Assembly: GCA_030378015.1 (NCBI GenBank)
Contig: JAUCGG010000017.1
Location: 1 to 46,636, forward strand
From: Desulfococcaceae bacterium HSG8
GTDB taxonomy: Bacteria > Desulfobacterota > Desulfobacteria > Desulfobacterales > 4be13
DNA length: 46,636 nucleotides
Reading direction: 5' to 3'
The number at the start of each line of letters is the position of its first letter. Within the stretch, counting starts at the first letter, position 1. The notes beneath the pieces are model-generated. The model was not told the origin of the DNA. It did no database searches and saw nothing but the letters and a program-made list of their open reading frames with translations. The translations under genes were made by a program, and so were the position numbers. Positions 1 through 9,500 of the stretch are shown here, one piece after another.

Positions 1-24
1 AAAAGGGGGACTCAGAACGGGTGT

Positions 25-187
25 AATTAAAAGTGTTAGATACCCAGTCCTCGTTCCCAAACTCCGTTTGGGAACGCAATTGCACGCAAAACTCCGTTTT
101 GCATGTATGGCAAACAGAGTTTGCCTGGCAAGTGTGTTCCCAAACGGAGTTTGGGAACAAGGACTTCCTAACACTTTTAATTGCGCC
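25..187. mobile_element. MITE-like palindromic element, family A copy 1. Terminal inverted repeats aattaaaagtgttag / ctaacacttttaatt; internal hairpins gttcccaaactccgtttgggaac and gcaaaactccgttttgc.
   Basis: Read directly in the sequence. The same ~160-bp architecture recurs at 2261-2438 and 2476-2602. Confidence 0.7.
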
Positions 188-204
188 CGGGATAATGCGC
201 TGAT

Positions 205-290
205 ATTATTAAAATTGAATTTGGGCAGGAGCAAGATTAAGATTAAGAGCAAGATACCGGGTATATTAATTTGGGGGAAATCCCTAATGA
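205..290. repeat. Family H element: (agcaag/agattaag)n microsatellite-like stretch followed by ataccgggtatattaattt-gggg-aaat-ccc. A second copy lies at 11835-11912.
   Basis: Near-identical 45-bp core gagcaagataccgggtatattaattt.ggggaaat at both sites. Confidence 0.6.
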
Positions 291-417
291 CCCGAAAAAT
301 AATATACACGGTGCGGATTTGCCGTCTATGAACATAAGCCGGAGTTGTGCCAAAGTCAGAGTGGTTCAGGGTTCAGGTCGGACACAGAGAAGTTATCATG
401 TCCCTTTGAAAAAGGGG

Positions 418-2181
418 CTACGAATGCCTCACGATCAGCGACCAGCAAATGGTGATCATTCCCGCTAGTATAAAATGGGTTTCAACCAGAAACTCCAGCC
501 GCATACCGGCTAACAGATAGCCCTGCTCATGCGCCAGAATGATAATGAATAAAAAGATGGGACATATGACAAGAAAAAAGCCCAGCCCCGAGGTAAAGCC
601 CAGCGCGCCTGACAGGAAGAGGATGACGGTAATGGCAATCAGTACGGACTTCAGGAATCCCATAGTTCGTTTTTCACCCAGCAATATGGGAATGGTATCT
701 TTTCCTACAATCCTGTCTCCCTGCATGTCGAGAATGTCGAAAAACGCTGTTCTGACAAATGCCATACCCGCGGCCCATATAAATACCGGTAATGTGCCCA
801 GCTTCACCTGAGCTGATACTGACAGAGGCGGAAATACCGAGGTGACAACGCCCCAGGCCAAGGCAATCAGGAGAGTTTTTGAGCCTGGTATATCCCTTAT
901 CCTCCGGTATTTTCCCCCCATAAGTCCCTCCGGAACCAGCCTCAGGTTATATGAAAGCCCCGTAATGCTCATGACAAGAAGAATCAGGAAAGGGAGCAGC
1001 CCCATCGAATATGCTTTGGTCAGTCCCATTGCACCGGAAAAAAAAGCAAGGACTGCAAGAATTACCTTATATTTATCATAAAATATAGCGCGGTCAGGGT
1101 CATTATAATGATCCGATTCTGTTCCTGTCAGATTATTGAAAATATGCATGGACTGAACATACAGCATGGATATGAGTACATATGACCGGTAATCTGAAAT
1201 TCCTTGCAGCTTGCTGCATGCATAACACAGGCACCCGGCTCCCAGGGATACATAGATGTTGGTAAGCAGGAGGGTGCGTTGGAGCGTAAAAAGCATCCTG
1301 CGGGAGAAGTGATCCCTGTGAGAAGGCAATGTCTCAATGGTTCTGTAAATTCTTTTGATAATCCAGTTCGGGGTGGAAGCCCCTGCTGTTATAGCGATGG
1401 AACGGGCAGATGAAAGGCTTTCCGGATCCAGTTCCGATCCTGTTTCAATATGATACGCGGGTTTACCGGTCTGTCTTGCAATCTCGGCAAGTCTCTGGGT
1501 GTTACCGCTGTTATAGCCCCCCACAACAATCAGGGCATCTACGGATGCTGCCAGATGTTTTACTTCTGCCTGACGTTTTTCAGTGGAATCACATATAGTG
1601 TCAAAAATTTTATAATGAGGAAATTTTTCAACGACCCGCTGCTTCACTTTTTCAAAAAAGATGGTGTTCTGAGTGGTCTGGGCAACAATGATGGCCCTGT
1701 CAAATCCCGGAAGGCTCTCAAGGTCTTCCAGCGTACCTGCCACATGCCCCTTGTCTCCTGCATATCCCAGTAAACCGATGACCTCCGGATGATCCCTGTC
1801 CCCGATAATGATGATTTCGTACCCCTTGCCCGCATGTTTCCTGATGATGGTCTGAACCTTGATCACCCGGGGACAGGTGGCGTCTATGACTGTAAAGCCC
1901 CTTTCCCTGAGTTCGTCTTTTGCACGGGGCGGCACACCGTGTGCCCGAATCAGTACCGTACCCCGTCCTCCTTTTCCGTTCTGTCCGTTTTCAAGGGCAG
2001 GGATATCATTGATGACTGATATCCCTTTTTTTTTCAAAAGCTTCAATACCTGGGGATTATGAATCAGGGGGCCGTAAGTGAAAATAGGGCCTTCATGTTT
2101 ATCCGGCGCATCCAGAACCATTTCAACAGCCCTGCGCACCCCCATACAGAATCCAGCGGTTTTGGCAATTAATATCTTCAT
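418..2181 (-). CDS. ispH: 4-hydroxy-3-methylbut-2-enyl diphosphate reductase (IspH/LytB) fused to a C-terminal UbiA-superfamily integral-membrane prenyltransferase domain.
   Basis: N-terminal ~290 aa: MKILIAKTAGFCMGVRRAVEMVLDA...TYGPLIHNPQV...ATCPRV...IVVGGYNSGNTQRL, the hallmark IspH fold motifs. C-terminal ~300 aa: multiple TM helices with Asp-rich motifs SDHYNDPDRA and DILDMQGDRIVGKDTIPILLG, which match the second UbiA-family motif DxxDxxxGDxxxGxxT(L/I)P(V/I)xxG. First ATG at 2181; the ORF track starts at an upstream TTG that lies inside a repeat element. Confidence 0.75.
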   Translation of the reverse strand: MKILIAKTAGFCMGVRRAVEMVLDAPDKHEGPIFTYGPLIHNPQVLKLLKKKGISVINDIPALENGQNGKGGRGTVLIRAHGVPPRAKDELRERGFTVIDATCPRVIKVQTIIRKHAGKGYEIIIIGDRDHPEVIGLLGYAGDKGHVAGTLEDLESLPGFDRAIIVAQTTQNTIFFEKVKQRVVEKFPHYKIFDTICDSTEKRQAEVKHLAASVDALIVVGGYNSGNTQRLAEIARQTGKPAYHIETGSELDPESLSSARSIAITAGASTPNWIIKRIYRTIETLPSHRDHFSRRMLFTLQRTLLLTNIYVSLGAGCLCYACSKLQGISDYRSYVLISMLYVQSMHIFNNLTGTESDHYNDPDRAIFYDKYKVILAVLAFFSGAMGLTKAYSMGLLPFLILLVMSITGLSYNLRLVPEGLMGGKYRRIRDIPGSKTLLIALAWGVVTSVFPPLSVSAQVKLGTLPVFIWAAGMAFVRTAFFDILDMQGDRIVGKDTIPILLGEKRTMGFLKSVLIAITVILFLSGALGFTSGLGFFLVICPIFLFIIILAHEQGYLLAGMRLEFLVETHFILAGMITICWSLIVRHS

Positions 2182-2260
2182 ATAGCACAGATTACATATA
2201 AATTCGGGGTTAGTAGTTCCGCCTTCAGGCGGCTGATGCCCGGGATTGTCAACCGGGTGC

Positions 2261-2438
2261 AATTAAAAGTGTTAGGTACTCGGGCCCCTTGTTCCCAAAC
2301 TCCGTTTGGGAACACACCTGCATGCAAACTCTGTTTGCATATGTAGCTACCTGATATTTCATGCAAAACCGGAGTTTTGCGGGCAATCGCGTTCCCAAAC
2401 GGAGTTTGGGAACGAGGACTTACCTAACACTTTTAATT
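2261..2438. mobile_element. MITE-like palindromic element, family A copy 2 (complete, both TIRs).
   Basis: aattaaaagtgttag at 2261-2275 and ctaacacttttaatt at 2424-2438, with internal gttcccaaac...gtttgggaac hairpins. Confidence 0.7.
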
Positions 2439-2475
2439 ACACCCGTTTCATACCATAAGGCAGACGATTTTTGTC

Positions 2476-2602
2476 CTTGTTCCCAAACTCCGTTTGGGAA
2501 CCTGCCCATGCAAAACGGAGTTTTGCCTGCAATCGCGTTCCCAAACGGAGTTTGGGAACGAGGATGGCTCACCTGGCTCACCCTGACACTTTTAATTGCA
2601 CC
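2476..2602. mobile_element. Family A copy 3 (left TIR missing, right TIR present).
   Basis: Same internal hairpins; right end ctgacacttttaattgcacc. Flanked on both sides by gcaRgacgattttt. Confidence 0.6.
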
Positions 2603-2621
2603 GTAAGAGCAAGACGATTTT

Positions 2622-2706
2622 TTACCCTGAAGGGGTTACATAATATAGCCCAGGGTAAACACCCAGGGGAAAGGCAACCAAAATTTTATACCCTGAAGGG
2701 GTTACA
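2622..2706. repeat. Direct repeat of accctgaaggggttacataa (2 copies) just downstream of the stop of the sensor kinase at 2749.
   Basis: Two identical 20-mers at about 2625 and 2686. Confidence 0.5.
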
Positions 2707-2748
2707 TAAACTCATGGTTATGGTTCCAAAGTCAGTACAGGAGAATCC

Positions 2749-4665
2749 TTAACCCTTACCCCTGTCCAACGCCCTCCGAACAGCCTGCGCGATATTCTGA
2801 ATAGAAGGAGGTTTCATGAGAAATTCCCGAATGCCCATATCCCTGGCTTTTTCTTTCGTGATCTGATTACTATAGCCGGTCCATAGGATAACCGGAATAT
2901 CGGGTCTGATGTGCATGAGTGCCAGGGCCAGCTTGTCGCCGGTCAGAACCGGCATGGTCATGTCGGTGATAACCAGATCAAAAGCTTCCGGACGCGACCT
3001 GAAATCCTCCAAAGCTGCGACGCTGTCGGTTCTTGCGGAGACTTTGTATCCGAGATTTTTCAGCATCCGTTTTCCCATACTAAGCAAGCGTTCCTCATCA
3101 TCTACGAGCAGGATATGCTCATTATTACCCATGGGAACGGGTGCGGAGGTTTTAATTTCTGATCCCCCGGCCTCGGTGCTTATCGGAAAAAACACGTCAA
3201 AGGTGGTTCCCTCTCCTGGTTTGCTGCGTACGCGAATCGTCCCTCCAAAGCTTGTGACGACCCCGTGAGTCACAGCAAGTCCCAGGCCGGTTCCCTCTCC
3301 CCGGGGTTTGGTCGTAAAATATGGTTCAAAGATATGTTCCATAGCAGAGGGTTCTATGCCATGACCCGTATCGCTTACACTCAGCAGTAGGTAATGCCCC
3401 GGGTTCAGGTCCGGACAGGAGTTAACTTCAGCATCAGTCACGCATACTTCCAAGGCACCTGATTCGCCGCCCATAGCATGAGAGGCATTGGTACAAAGAT
3501 TCATCAATACCTGATAGAACTGGGACGGATCCCCCAGTATCGTATCGCATTTGGCTGTTAATTTCTGACGAATTTCAATGGTTGCCGGCAAAGACGCCCG
3601 AAGCAGTTTGAGAGTTTCTTTGACAACAGGCGAGACTTTAACCTGCACCATTTCCTGTTCCTCCTGCCGACTGAAGGCAAGGATCTGCTGCACCAGGTCA
3701 GTGGCCCGGCACGCGGCTTTGTGTACTTCTTCCATGCTGTGCCTGGCAGGGTGATCATCAAGAAGTTCATGCCCCAAGGCAATTTCCGTGTAGCCGTTTA
3801 TAATCATCAGGATATTATTGAAGTCGTGAGCGATTCCGCCTGCCAGTGTGCCCAGAGCTTCCATTCTCTGTGTCTGCTGCAACTGGGTTCGGAGTTCTGC
3901 TTTTTCCTTTTCGGCTTTCCTGCGTTCGGCAATGTCCCGGACGATGGCCACGAAACGGGCGTGTTCGTCTGGCGGCGCGACCGACTGCAAAAATATCTCC
4001 ACGGGAATCACGGCACCATCCTTGTGGCAGAGAGCCGTTTCAAAGATGGTGGTCTCTTTATTACCGTCTAAGAGGGGTTCGACCAGTTTATAGAAGCTGT
4101 TTTCATCGAATTCCGGCATGAGATCGGCCAGCGTCATCTCCAATAGTTCGTCCCGAGTATAGCCCGTCTGACTGATCGCCCCGTGATTAACATAAAAAAA
4201 ACAGAAGCTTATTGTGTCAAATATGAAAATACAGTCCAGCGTGGCGTCAAGTGTGGTTTTAAGCTGCCTCACTTCATCTTCTGCCCTCTTCTCCTTTATG
4301 GCCCGCTCCACCGCATGGGGAAGCTGGTTCAGCTTATTTTTGAATACATAATCTGTTGCACCATGTTTGAAAGCCTGAACTGCAAGCTCCTCCCCGATCT
4401 GTCCTGAAACAAAGACAAAGGGAACTGACGGATGCTTTTTCCTCAGTTCGGATAAAGCGGAAAGACCGTCATAGTCGGGCAGTGAGTAGTCAGCCAGAAC
4501 GATGTCAAAGTCCTGATTGTTAATCGCATCAATATAATCATATTTTTTCATGACATCTGTGCTGGTGAATTTCAATCCGGCTTTCTTCAGTTCCAGTTTG
4601 TTCAATTCTATATCGGTTTTATTATCCTCAAGAATTAAAATCCTTATTTTTTCTTCAATGTTCAT
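2749..4665 (-). CDS. Hybrid sensor histidine kinase/response regulator: N-terminal REC, PAS, HisKA, HATPase_c, C-terminal REC.
   Basis: N-terminal REC (DIVLADYSLPDYDG). HisKA H-box GGIAHDFNNILMIINGY. HATPase G-boxes DTGHGI and GTGLGLAV. C-terminal REC (ILLVDDEE...DLVITDMTMPVLTGDKLA). First ATG (MNIEEK) at 4665 with aagggg 8 nt upstream; the ORF track begins at TTG 4680. Confidence 0.85.
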   Translation of the reverse strand: MNIEEKIRILILEDNKTDIELNKLELKKAGLKFTSTDVMKKYDYIDAINNQDFDIVLADYSLPDYDGLSALSELRKKHPSVPFVFVSGQIGEELAVQAFKHGATDYVFKNKLNQLPHAVERAIKEKRAEDEVRQLKTTLDATLDCIFIFDTISFCFFYVNHGAISQTGYTRDELLEMTLADLMPEFDENSFYKLVEPLLDGNKETTIFETALCHKDGAVIPVEIFLQSVAPPDEHARFVAIVRDIAERRKAEKEKAELRTQLQQTQRMEALGTLAGGIAHDFNNILMIINGYTEIALGHELLDDHPARHSMEEVHKAACRATDLVQQILAFSRQEEQEMVQVKVSPVVKETLKLLRASLPATIEIRQKLTAKCDTILGDPSQFYQVLMNLCTNASHAMGGESGALEVCVTDAEVNSCPDLNPGHYLLLSVSDTGHGIEPSAMEHIFEPYFTTKPRGEGTGLGLAVTHGVVTSFGGTIRVRSKPGEGTTFDVFFPISTEAGGSEIKTSAPVPMGNNEHILLVDDEERLLSMGKRMLKNLGYKVSARTDSVAALEDFRSRPEAFDLVITDMTMPVLTGDKLALALMHIRPDIPVILWTGYSNQITKEKARDMGIREFLMKPPSIQNIAQAVRRALDRGKG

Positions 4666-4736
4666 GGGAACCCCTTGCAAGAAGTTTGTTTATAATTGCC
4701 CAGTAAAGCCCGAGCCTGAGATTGTTTTGACAAATT

Positions 4737-4938
4737 CAGCAGATCGAAAACTTCTGCAAACAGTGGATTCCGGGTTAAAACCGAAAAACATCCGTTTTCA
4801 GATTTTCCCCGGAATGACAGTACGTTAAGATGTCATTCCGGGAAAAGTTAAAAAACGGATGTTTTTTACCTGATCTTAAATTGGTAACCCGGAATCCGCT
4901 GCCTGCAACGGTTTAGCGGAAACTTTTCGATCTGCTGA
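4737..4938. mobile_element. MITE-like element family E, full copy. TIR cagcagatcgaaaactt / aagttttcgatctgctg; internal hairpin ccccggaatgaca...tgtcattccggg.
   Basis: Terminal inverted repeats and internal palindrome read directly. At least 8 full or partial copies in the window. Confidence 0.7.
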
Positions 4939-4961
4939 AATTCATCAAATCGGACAGCTTT

Positions 4962-5050
4962 GGTGATTTCCGGAAAAGAATATAAATATACCAAGTGCAG
5001 TTTGTAGTTCCGCCTTCAGGCGGTGTTATGCCGCCTGAAGGCGGAACTAC
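4962..5050. repeat. Family B hairpin gtagttccgccttcaggcgg-tgttatg-ccgcctgaaggcggaactac, preceded by ggtgatttccggaaaagaata...taccaagtgcagtttg.
   Basis: Perfect 20-bp stem. Same unit at 8995-9135 (3 copies) and partial at 2207-2240. Confidence 0.7.
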
Positions 5051-5052
5051 TA

Positions 5053-5190
5053 CAGCACTTTTTAAGTTCGTCCCCCCCTTTTTTAAAGGTGGCCGGGGGG
5101 ATTTTTCATTGACAGAAAAGTGAGTTATGCCAGAAATCCCCCCCGGCCCCCCTTTAAAAAAGGGGGGAGGAACTTAAAAAGTGCTGTACT
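5053..5190. mobile_element. Family C palindromic element. Outer arms agcactttttaagttc / gaacttaaaaagtgct; inner cccccttttttaaagg..ccgggggg...ccccccggccccctttaaaaaagggggg.
   Basis: Read directly. Related copies at 9284-9370, 27395-27495 and a tandem array at 30085-30415. Confidence 0.65.
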
Positions 5191-5209
5191 ACAAACTTTG
5201 ATCCGGTAG

Positions 5210-5410
5210 GGCGCATTTACAACTTGGGGGAGTCCCGGAGGGACGACTGAAAATAGCCCGGCAATTTATTGCCTGGGCGGATATCCCCCGTTTTTTTCAG
5301 TCCCGGAGGGACTGAATGATCCGGAATACTCACCCGGCAATGAATTGCCGGCTATTTTCAGAAGTCCCTCCGGGGACTGAAAATCACTCCCCCGACTTAT
5401 AAATACGCCC
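5210..5410. mobile_element. Family D MITE (~200 bp). TIR gggcgcatttacaactt / aagtYataaatacgccc; internal gagtcccggagggacgactgaaaatagcccggcaat palindromes.
   Basis: Second copy at 27612-27845 is flanked by a 9-bp duplication, atccgtttt. Confidence 0.7.
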
Positions 5411-5560
5411 CTCTGCAATCAGGATATCTGTTCTTTGCATACACATCGTTTTCCTTTTTAGCTGTTAGCTTTTTTCAAATTTTGCATCAGGATGTGTGAA
5501 GGTACTTCTGGCGGCGTTACCGTTCCCTTCGACAGGCTCAGGGAACGGAACCCGAATTCC

Positions 5561-5639
5561 GTAGTACAACAACTTGGAAATTCGTCCCCCTTTTATCTAT
5601 TATAAGAGAGGGGGACGAATTTCCAAGTTGTTGTAGTAG
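5561..5639 (-). terminator. Long perfect palindrome (gtagtacaacaacttggaaattcgtccccc...gggggacgaatttccaagttgttgtagtag) immediately downstream of the stop of the kinase gene at 5661. Candidate terminator or REP element.
   Basis: ~35-bp stem read directly. Position 22 bp after the stop of a minus-strand gene. No strong U-tract. Confidence 0.35.
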
Positions 5640-5660
5640 TGGGATGTTCTTTCTTGGAAA

Positions 5661-8600
5661 TCACCTAAATTCTCCTTCCGATGGCTGAGGGGAGAGGTAA
5701 AAATAAAAGGTTGCCCCCTTGCCAGACTCACTTTCTGCCCATACCCGGCCGCGGTGTCTTTGTATAATCCGTTTCACAATTGCCAGCCCGATACCCATGC
5801 CCGGAAAATCATCCGGGCTGTGAATCCGCTGGAAAACACCGAAAAGTTTGTCATAGTATTTCATATTGAAACCTGCGCCGTTATCCCTGACAAAATACAC
5901 CACCCGGTTTTCATCATCTGTATAACAGCCTGTTTCAACCAGAGGTTCCTGATTATGAGCAGAATATTTGACCGCGTTTGACAGCAGGTTCACCCATACC
6001 TGCCTCAGCATGGATAAATCACCGGTACAGGAAGGCAGATTGCAATTCATTTCAAATCTGACCTTTTCTATACCATCCTCGGAAAATTGCAAGCTTTTAG
6101 TAACTTCATCAACCAACTCATTCATATTGACCTCCCCTGTCCGAATATCCTGCCTGCTCAGTCTTGAAAAAGCAAGCAGATCATCAATCAGTTGCCCCAT
6201 CCGGACTGCCTCGCTCCTCACAACCTCCAGATAATGCCTGCCATCCCCGTCAAATTTATCCGCATATTCTTCATAAAGAACCTGGGCAAATCCGTTCACC
6301 GCTCTCAGGGGCGCTCTTAAATCATGAGACACAGAGTAACTGAACGATTTCAGTTCATCAATCATTTCTTCAAGTTGTACGGTCCGCTCTTTCACCCGCT
6401 TTTCCAGCGTCAGGTTCAGTTCTTCCAGGGCTTTTTTTGCCTGTTCGCGCTCAATAATGCGTCCCAGGCGTTCGATAATTGCTTCCATCAGGTCTCTTTC
6501 TTCTTTTGAAAAGGGACATTCATTATCTTCAGATTGTTCCCCCAGGTAACAGATATCCAGCGTACCGATTTCTTCACCATCAAGAACGATCACACCTGAT
6601 TGTTTCCATAAAGTTTCTTTGAAATTTCCTGTCTTGAACTCCTCTCCTTCCACAACCAATCTGACGCCAGTGATCTCAGGGTATTGCCAGCCCCCGGGAA
6701 TAATATCCGCAATTTTCTGAAAAATCTCTTTCAGTATAATTCCGGGTGTTTCAACAATATCCGCAATACCATAGAGACATTGCAGTTCCTTGACACGCTC
6801 TCTTAGGTCGCGGCTTTGTTTCTCCAGGGCCTTTTCACTCATTATCCTTCCCGTTACGTTTCTGGCAATCTCAATAATACCGGTTACATTTCCTTTATCA
6901 TTTTTCAGAGGTACTGCAATATCCTCCCAATAGCTTTCATCCCGGATATCTTTTACAAAGGAGTGATATATGGTAGCTGCCTCAATTTGCCATGTTTCCA
7001 GGGATTTTACAACAGGGCAGCCATCGCAGGGTTTTCTTTTGCCAGGATAGGCTTCATAACAAATCTTACCGATCTCAACAGCAGGATTCATATCAAGTGC
7101 TGTCTTATTTGCCCACAGGATATTTGAATTCGTATCAAGTTGGAGTATCACATCAGGCATACTGTTGAGGATGAGTTTCATTCGCTCTTCACTTTCGCGC
7201 AGTGCTTCTTCTGCCTGTTTCTGAAGCGTGATATCGGTCGCAATGCCGCCTATCTGGACAGGACGGCCTGTTTCATCAGATGAGATTCGTTTCCTGTCAT
7301 AAACCCAGCGCACTTCACCATCAGGACGAACAATGCGATACTCCGACTCGCTCTGTCCTTTATCGAATAACTCCCGCGCATGTTCGATCACAGGTCCCCG
7401 GTCATCGGGATGAATCACATCAAGCCACAGGTTGGAATTTTCAAGAAATTCCGCAGGGGGCCTGCCATAGATCCGGTTAGCTGCCGCGTTGATATACAGC
7501 ATTTCTGACCCGTCCGCGGTCGCTGCCCAGACCACATCATTGAGAGAGCGTAGCAGATTCCGGAAGCGGGCCTCGCTCACACGCAAGGCTTTCTTAGCTT
7601 GCCTGTACTCAGTGACGTCACGATGAGTGCCGATCATTCTCAGCGGGTGACCTGAATCATCGTATGACACGCATATACCCCGGGCCCAGATCCATCTCCA
7701 TTCCCCGGATTTATTCCGAGTCTGATACTCTAATTCATAATATTTTGCCCTGCCGTTTAAATAATCATTCAACGCGGTTTTAAAAACAGGTTTGCTGTCC
7801 GGATGAACATTTTGTTCCCACCAGTCAAAATCAAATTCCCGCTCTCCCAAAACATATCCCAATACTTTGATCCAATTATCATCAAAAAAAATATCTCCTC
7901 CGACCATATCCCAATCCCACAACCCCTGATCTGTTCCTTCCAAGGCGAGTTTCATGCGCTTCTCGCTCTCTTTCAGGGCTTCTTCCGCCTCACGGCGCTT
8001 CCGGCGCGTCCTTAATGCCATGATTCCATGTGTCAGATCATCGGCCAATCCTTCCAGCATCTCCAGTTCATCGGTGTCAAACGCGTCCGGTTCGGCCGCA
8101 TAAATATTTAAAGATCCGAGGCAACTGCCATCATGGCGAAGAGGCAGGGCAAGGCCTGAAGAATATCCCCGCTTTAAGGCTTCGGCCCGCCAGGGGGCGA
8201 AATCGGGATCTGTCATGATATGCCTGACAGATATCGGTCGGCAGGTGCGGATGGCGGTCCCGATGGGACCCCTCCCGTGTTCCGTATCTGACCAAGTAAT
8301 ATGGATTGTATCAATATACCCGTCATCATATCCGTACCTGGCCGCGGGGCGCACGGTTTTCATTTCGTCATTTTCCGCATAACCGATCCATGCCAGGCAG
8401 TATCCCCCGATTTCCACGACAATTCGGCATACCCGCTTCAGGAGGTCTGTCTCATTGCTGGTATGAGCAACTGCCCGGTTGCATTCACTGCGTGTTTTAA
8501 GTGCCCGGTTCACCCTGCGCAGGTCTTTGACCCTTTCCCGCACAGTATCTTCCAACCGCTCCTTTTCAGACCTTAATCTGTCTTCTGATTTTTTAATCCG

Positions 8601-8966
8601 CAGCATCACATTGATCTGGGCTGCCAGCTCGGATTTATCAATAGGTTTGGTCAGGAAGGCATCCGCGCCGGATTCCAGCCCTTTGACGCGGCTTTCGGAA
8701 TCTGTCCGAATCGCCGTGACCAGGATCACCGGAATATGGGCAGTCTTTCTGCCGGATTTTAATCTCTCACAGGCTTCATAACCATCCATCTCCGGCATAA
8801 AGATATCCAGGAGAATTGTATCGGGCTGCCAGTCCTCGGCGATACAGATGCCACTGCTCCCTGATGGTGCAGTGACAATCGAACAGTCCGGTATTAAATG
8901 TTCCAATAATGCCGATAATGCGATCAGATTGTCCTTATGATCGTCTATGAGCAATAATTTATTCAT
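5661..8966 (-). CDS. Multidomain hybrid sensor histidine kinase: N-terminal REC, GAF, PAS/PAC (several), HisKA, HATPase_c.
   Basis: REC (LLLIDDHKDN...ILLDIFMPEMDGYEACERLK). H-box SYSVSHDLRAPLRAVNGFAQVL. HATPase (DNGAGFN, GMGIGLAIVKRII). ATG at 8964-8966 with aaggaaat RBS. Confidence 0.88.
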   Translation of the reverse strand: MNKLLLIDDHKDNLIALSALLEHLIPDCSIVTAPSGSSGICIAEDWQPDTILLDIFMPEMDGYEACERLKSGRKTAHIPVILVTAIRTDSESRVKGLESGADAFLTKPIDKSELAAQINVMLRIKKSEDRLRSEKERLEDTVRERVKDLRRVNRALKTRSECNRAVAHTSNETDLLKRVCRIVVEIGGYCLAWIGYAENDEMKTVRPAARYGYDDGYIDTIHITWSDTEHGRGPIGTAIRTCRPISVRHIMTDPDFAPWRAEALKRGYSSGLALPLRHDGSCLGSLNIYAAEPDAFDTDELEMLEGLADDLTHGIMALRTRRKRREAEEALKESEKRMKLALEGTDQGLWDWDMVGGDIFFDDNWIKVLGYVLGEREFDFDWWEQNVHPDSKPVFKTALNDYLNGRAKYYELEYQTRNKSGEWRWIWARGICVSYDDSGHPLRMIGTHRDVTEYRQAKKALRVSEARFRNLLRSLNDVVWAATADGSEMLYINAAANRIYGRPPAEFLENSNLWLDVIHPDDRGPVIEHARELFDKGQSESEYRIVRPDGEVRWVYDRKRISSDETGRPVQIGGIATDITLQKQAEEALRESEERMKLILNSMPDVILQLDTNSNILWANKTALDMNPAVEIGKICYEAYPGKRKPCDGCPVVKSLETWQIEAATIYHSFVKDIRDESYWEDIAVPLKNDKGNVTGIIEIARNVTGRIMSEKALEKQSRDLRERVKELQCLYGIADIVETPGIILKEIFQKIADIIPGGWQYPEITGVRLVVEGEEFKTGNFKETLWKQSGVIVLDGEEIGTLDICYLGEQSEDNECPFSKEERDLMEAIIERLGRIIEREQAKKALEELNLTLEKRVKERTVQLEEMIDELKSFSYSVSHDLRAPLRAVNGFAQVLYEEYADKFDGDGRHYLEVVRSEAVRMGQLIDDLLAFSRLSRQDIRTGEVNMNELVDEVTKSLQFSEDGIEKVRFEMNCNLPSCTGDLSMLRQVWVNLLSNAVKYSAHNQEPLVETGCYTDDENRVVYFVRDNGAGFNMKYYDKLFGVFQRIHSPDDFPGMGIGLAIVKRIIQRHRGRVWAESESGKGATFYFYLSPQPSEGEFR

Positions 8967-8974
8967 GAATATTT

Positions 8975-9135
8975 CCTTTTGAAAGTGTTTAGTGTTCGGT
9001 GTTTAGGTGATTTCCGGAAAAGAATATACCAAGTGCAGTTTGTAGTTCCGCCTTCAGGCGGTGTTATGCCGCAGTTTGTAGTTCCGCCTTTAGGCGGTGT
9101 TATGCCGCCTGAAGGCGGAACTACAAACTTTGATC
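8975..9135. repeat. Cluster of family B hairpins (3 copies) plus the ggtgatttccggaaaagaata leader. Contains gtgtttagtgtt, the reverse complement of the aacactaaacac motif.
   Basis: Read directly; ccgccttcaggcgg / ccgcctgaaggcgg stems. Confidence 0.7.
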
Positions 9136-9212
9136 TGGTATGTTTTTTATTGGAAATCACCTTAATGCTCTGTTTCATAAATAATGTCCGGGTTAAAACG
9201 GAGGAGTGCAAA

Positions 9213-9500
9213 GCTTGCTTTGCGCCACTGCGGGATTCCCAATTCTCGTTCCCAGGCTCTGCCTCACTGCCATTAAGTTAAGAGAAACTCCCCCTTTGAA
9301 GGGGGATTCAGGGGGATGTTTTTTCAACACGTTACACCCCCCTGCCCCCCCTCAAGGGGGGAATTGATTCCTTAACTTAATGGCAGTGAGGCTCTGCCTG
9401 GGAATGCATCATGAGAGGCTCTGCCTCGTGTTTCACTGTAAAATAGAAGTGTTAAAACAGATACATCGCAAGGCGGAGCCTGGGAACGAGTAAACACCAA
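9213..9500. mobile_element. Family F element (ctcgttcccaggctctgcc...gcctgggaacgag) carrying a nested family-C-like insert. The insert is bounded by the inverted repeat ctcactgccattaagttaag / cttaacttaatggcagtgag.
   Basis: Nested palindromes read directly. Family F copies also at 27945-28108 and 28445-28615. Confidence 0.6.

Noticed and set aside
539-2062. Multiple plus-strand ORFs (60-107 aa) inside the ispH-ubiA fusion gene, and antisense ORFs within the three kinase genes (e.g. 2909..3268, 5754..6234, 10257..10607, 11009..11515).
   Set aside because: Antisense to strongly supported CDSs; no motifs or RBS.
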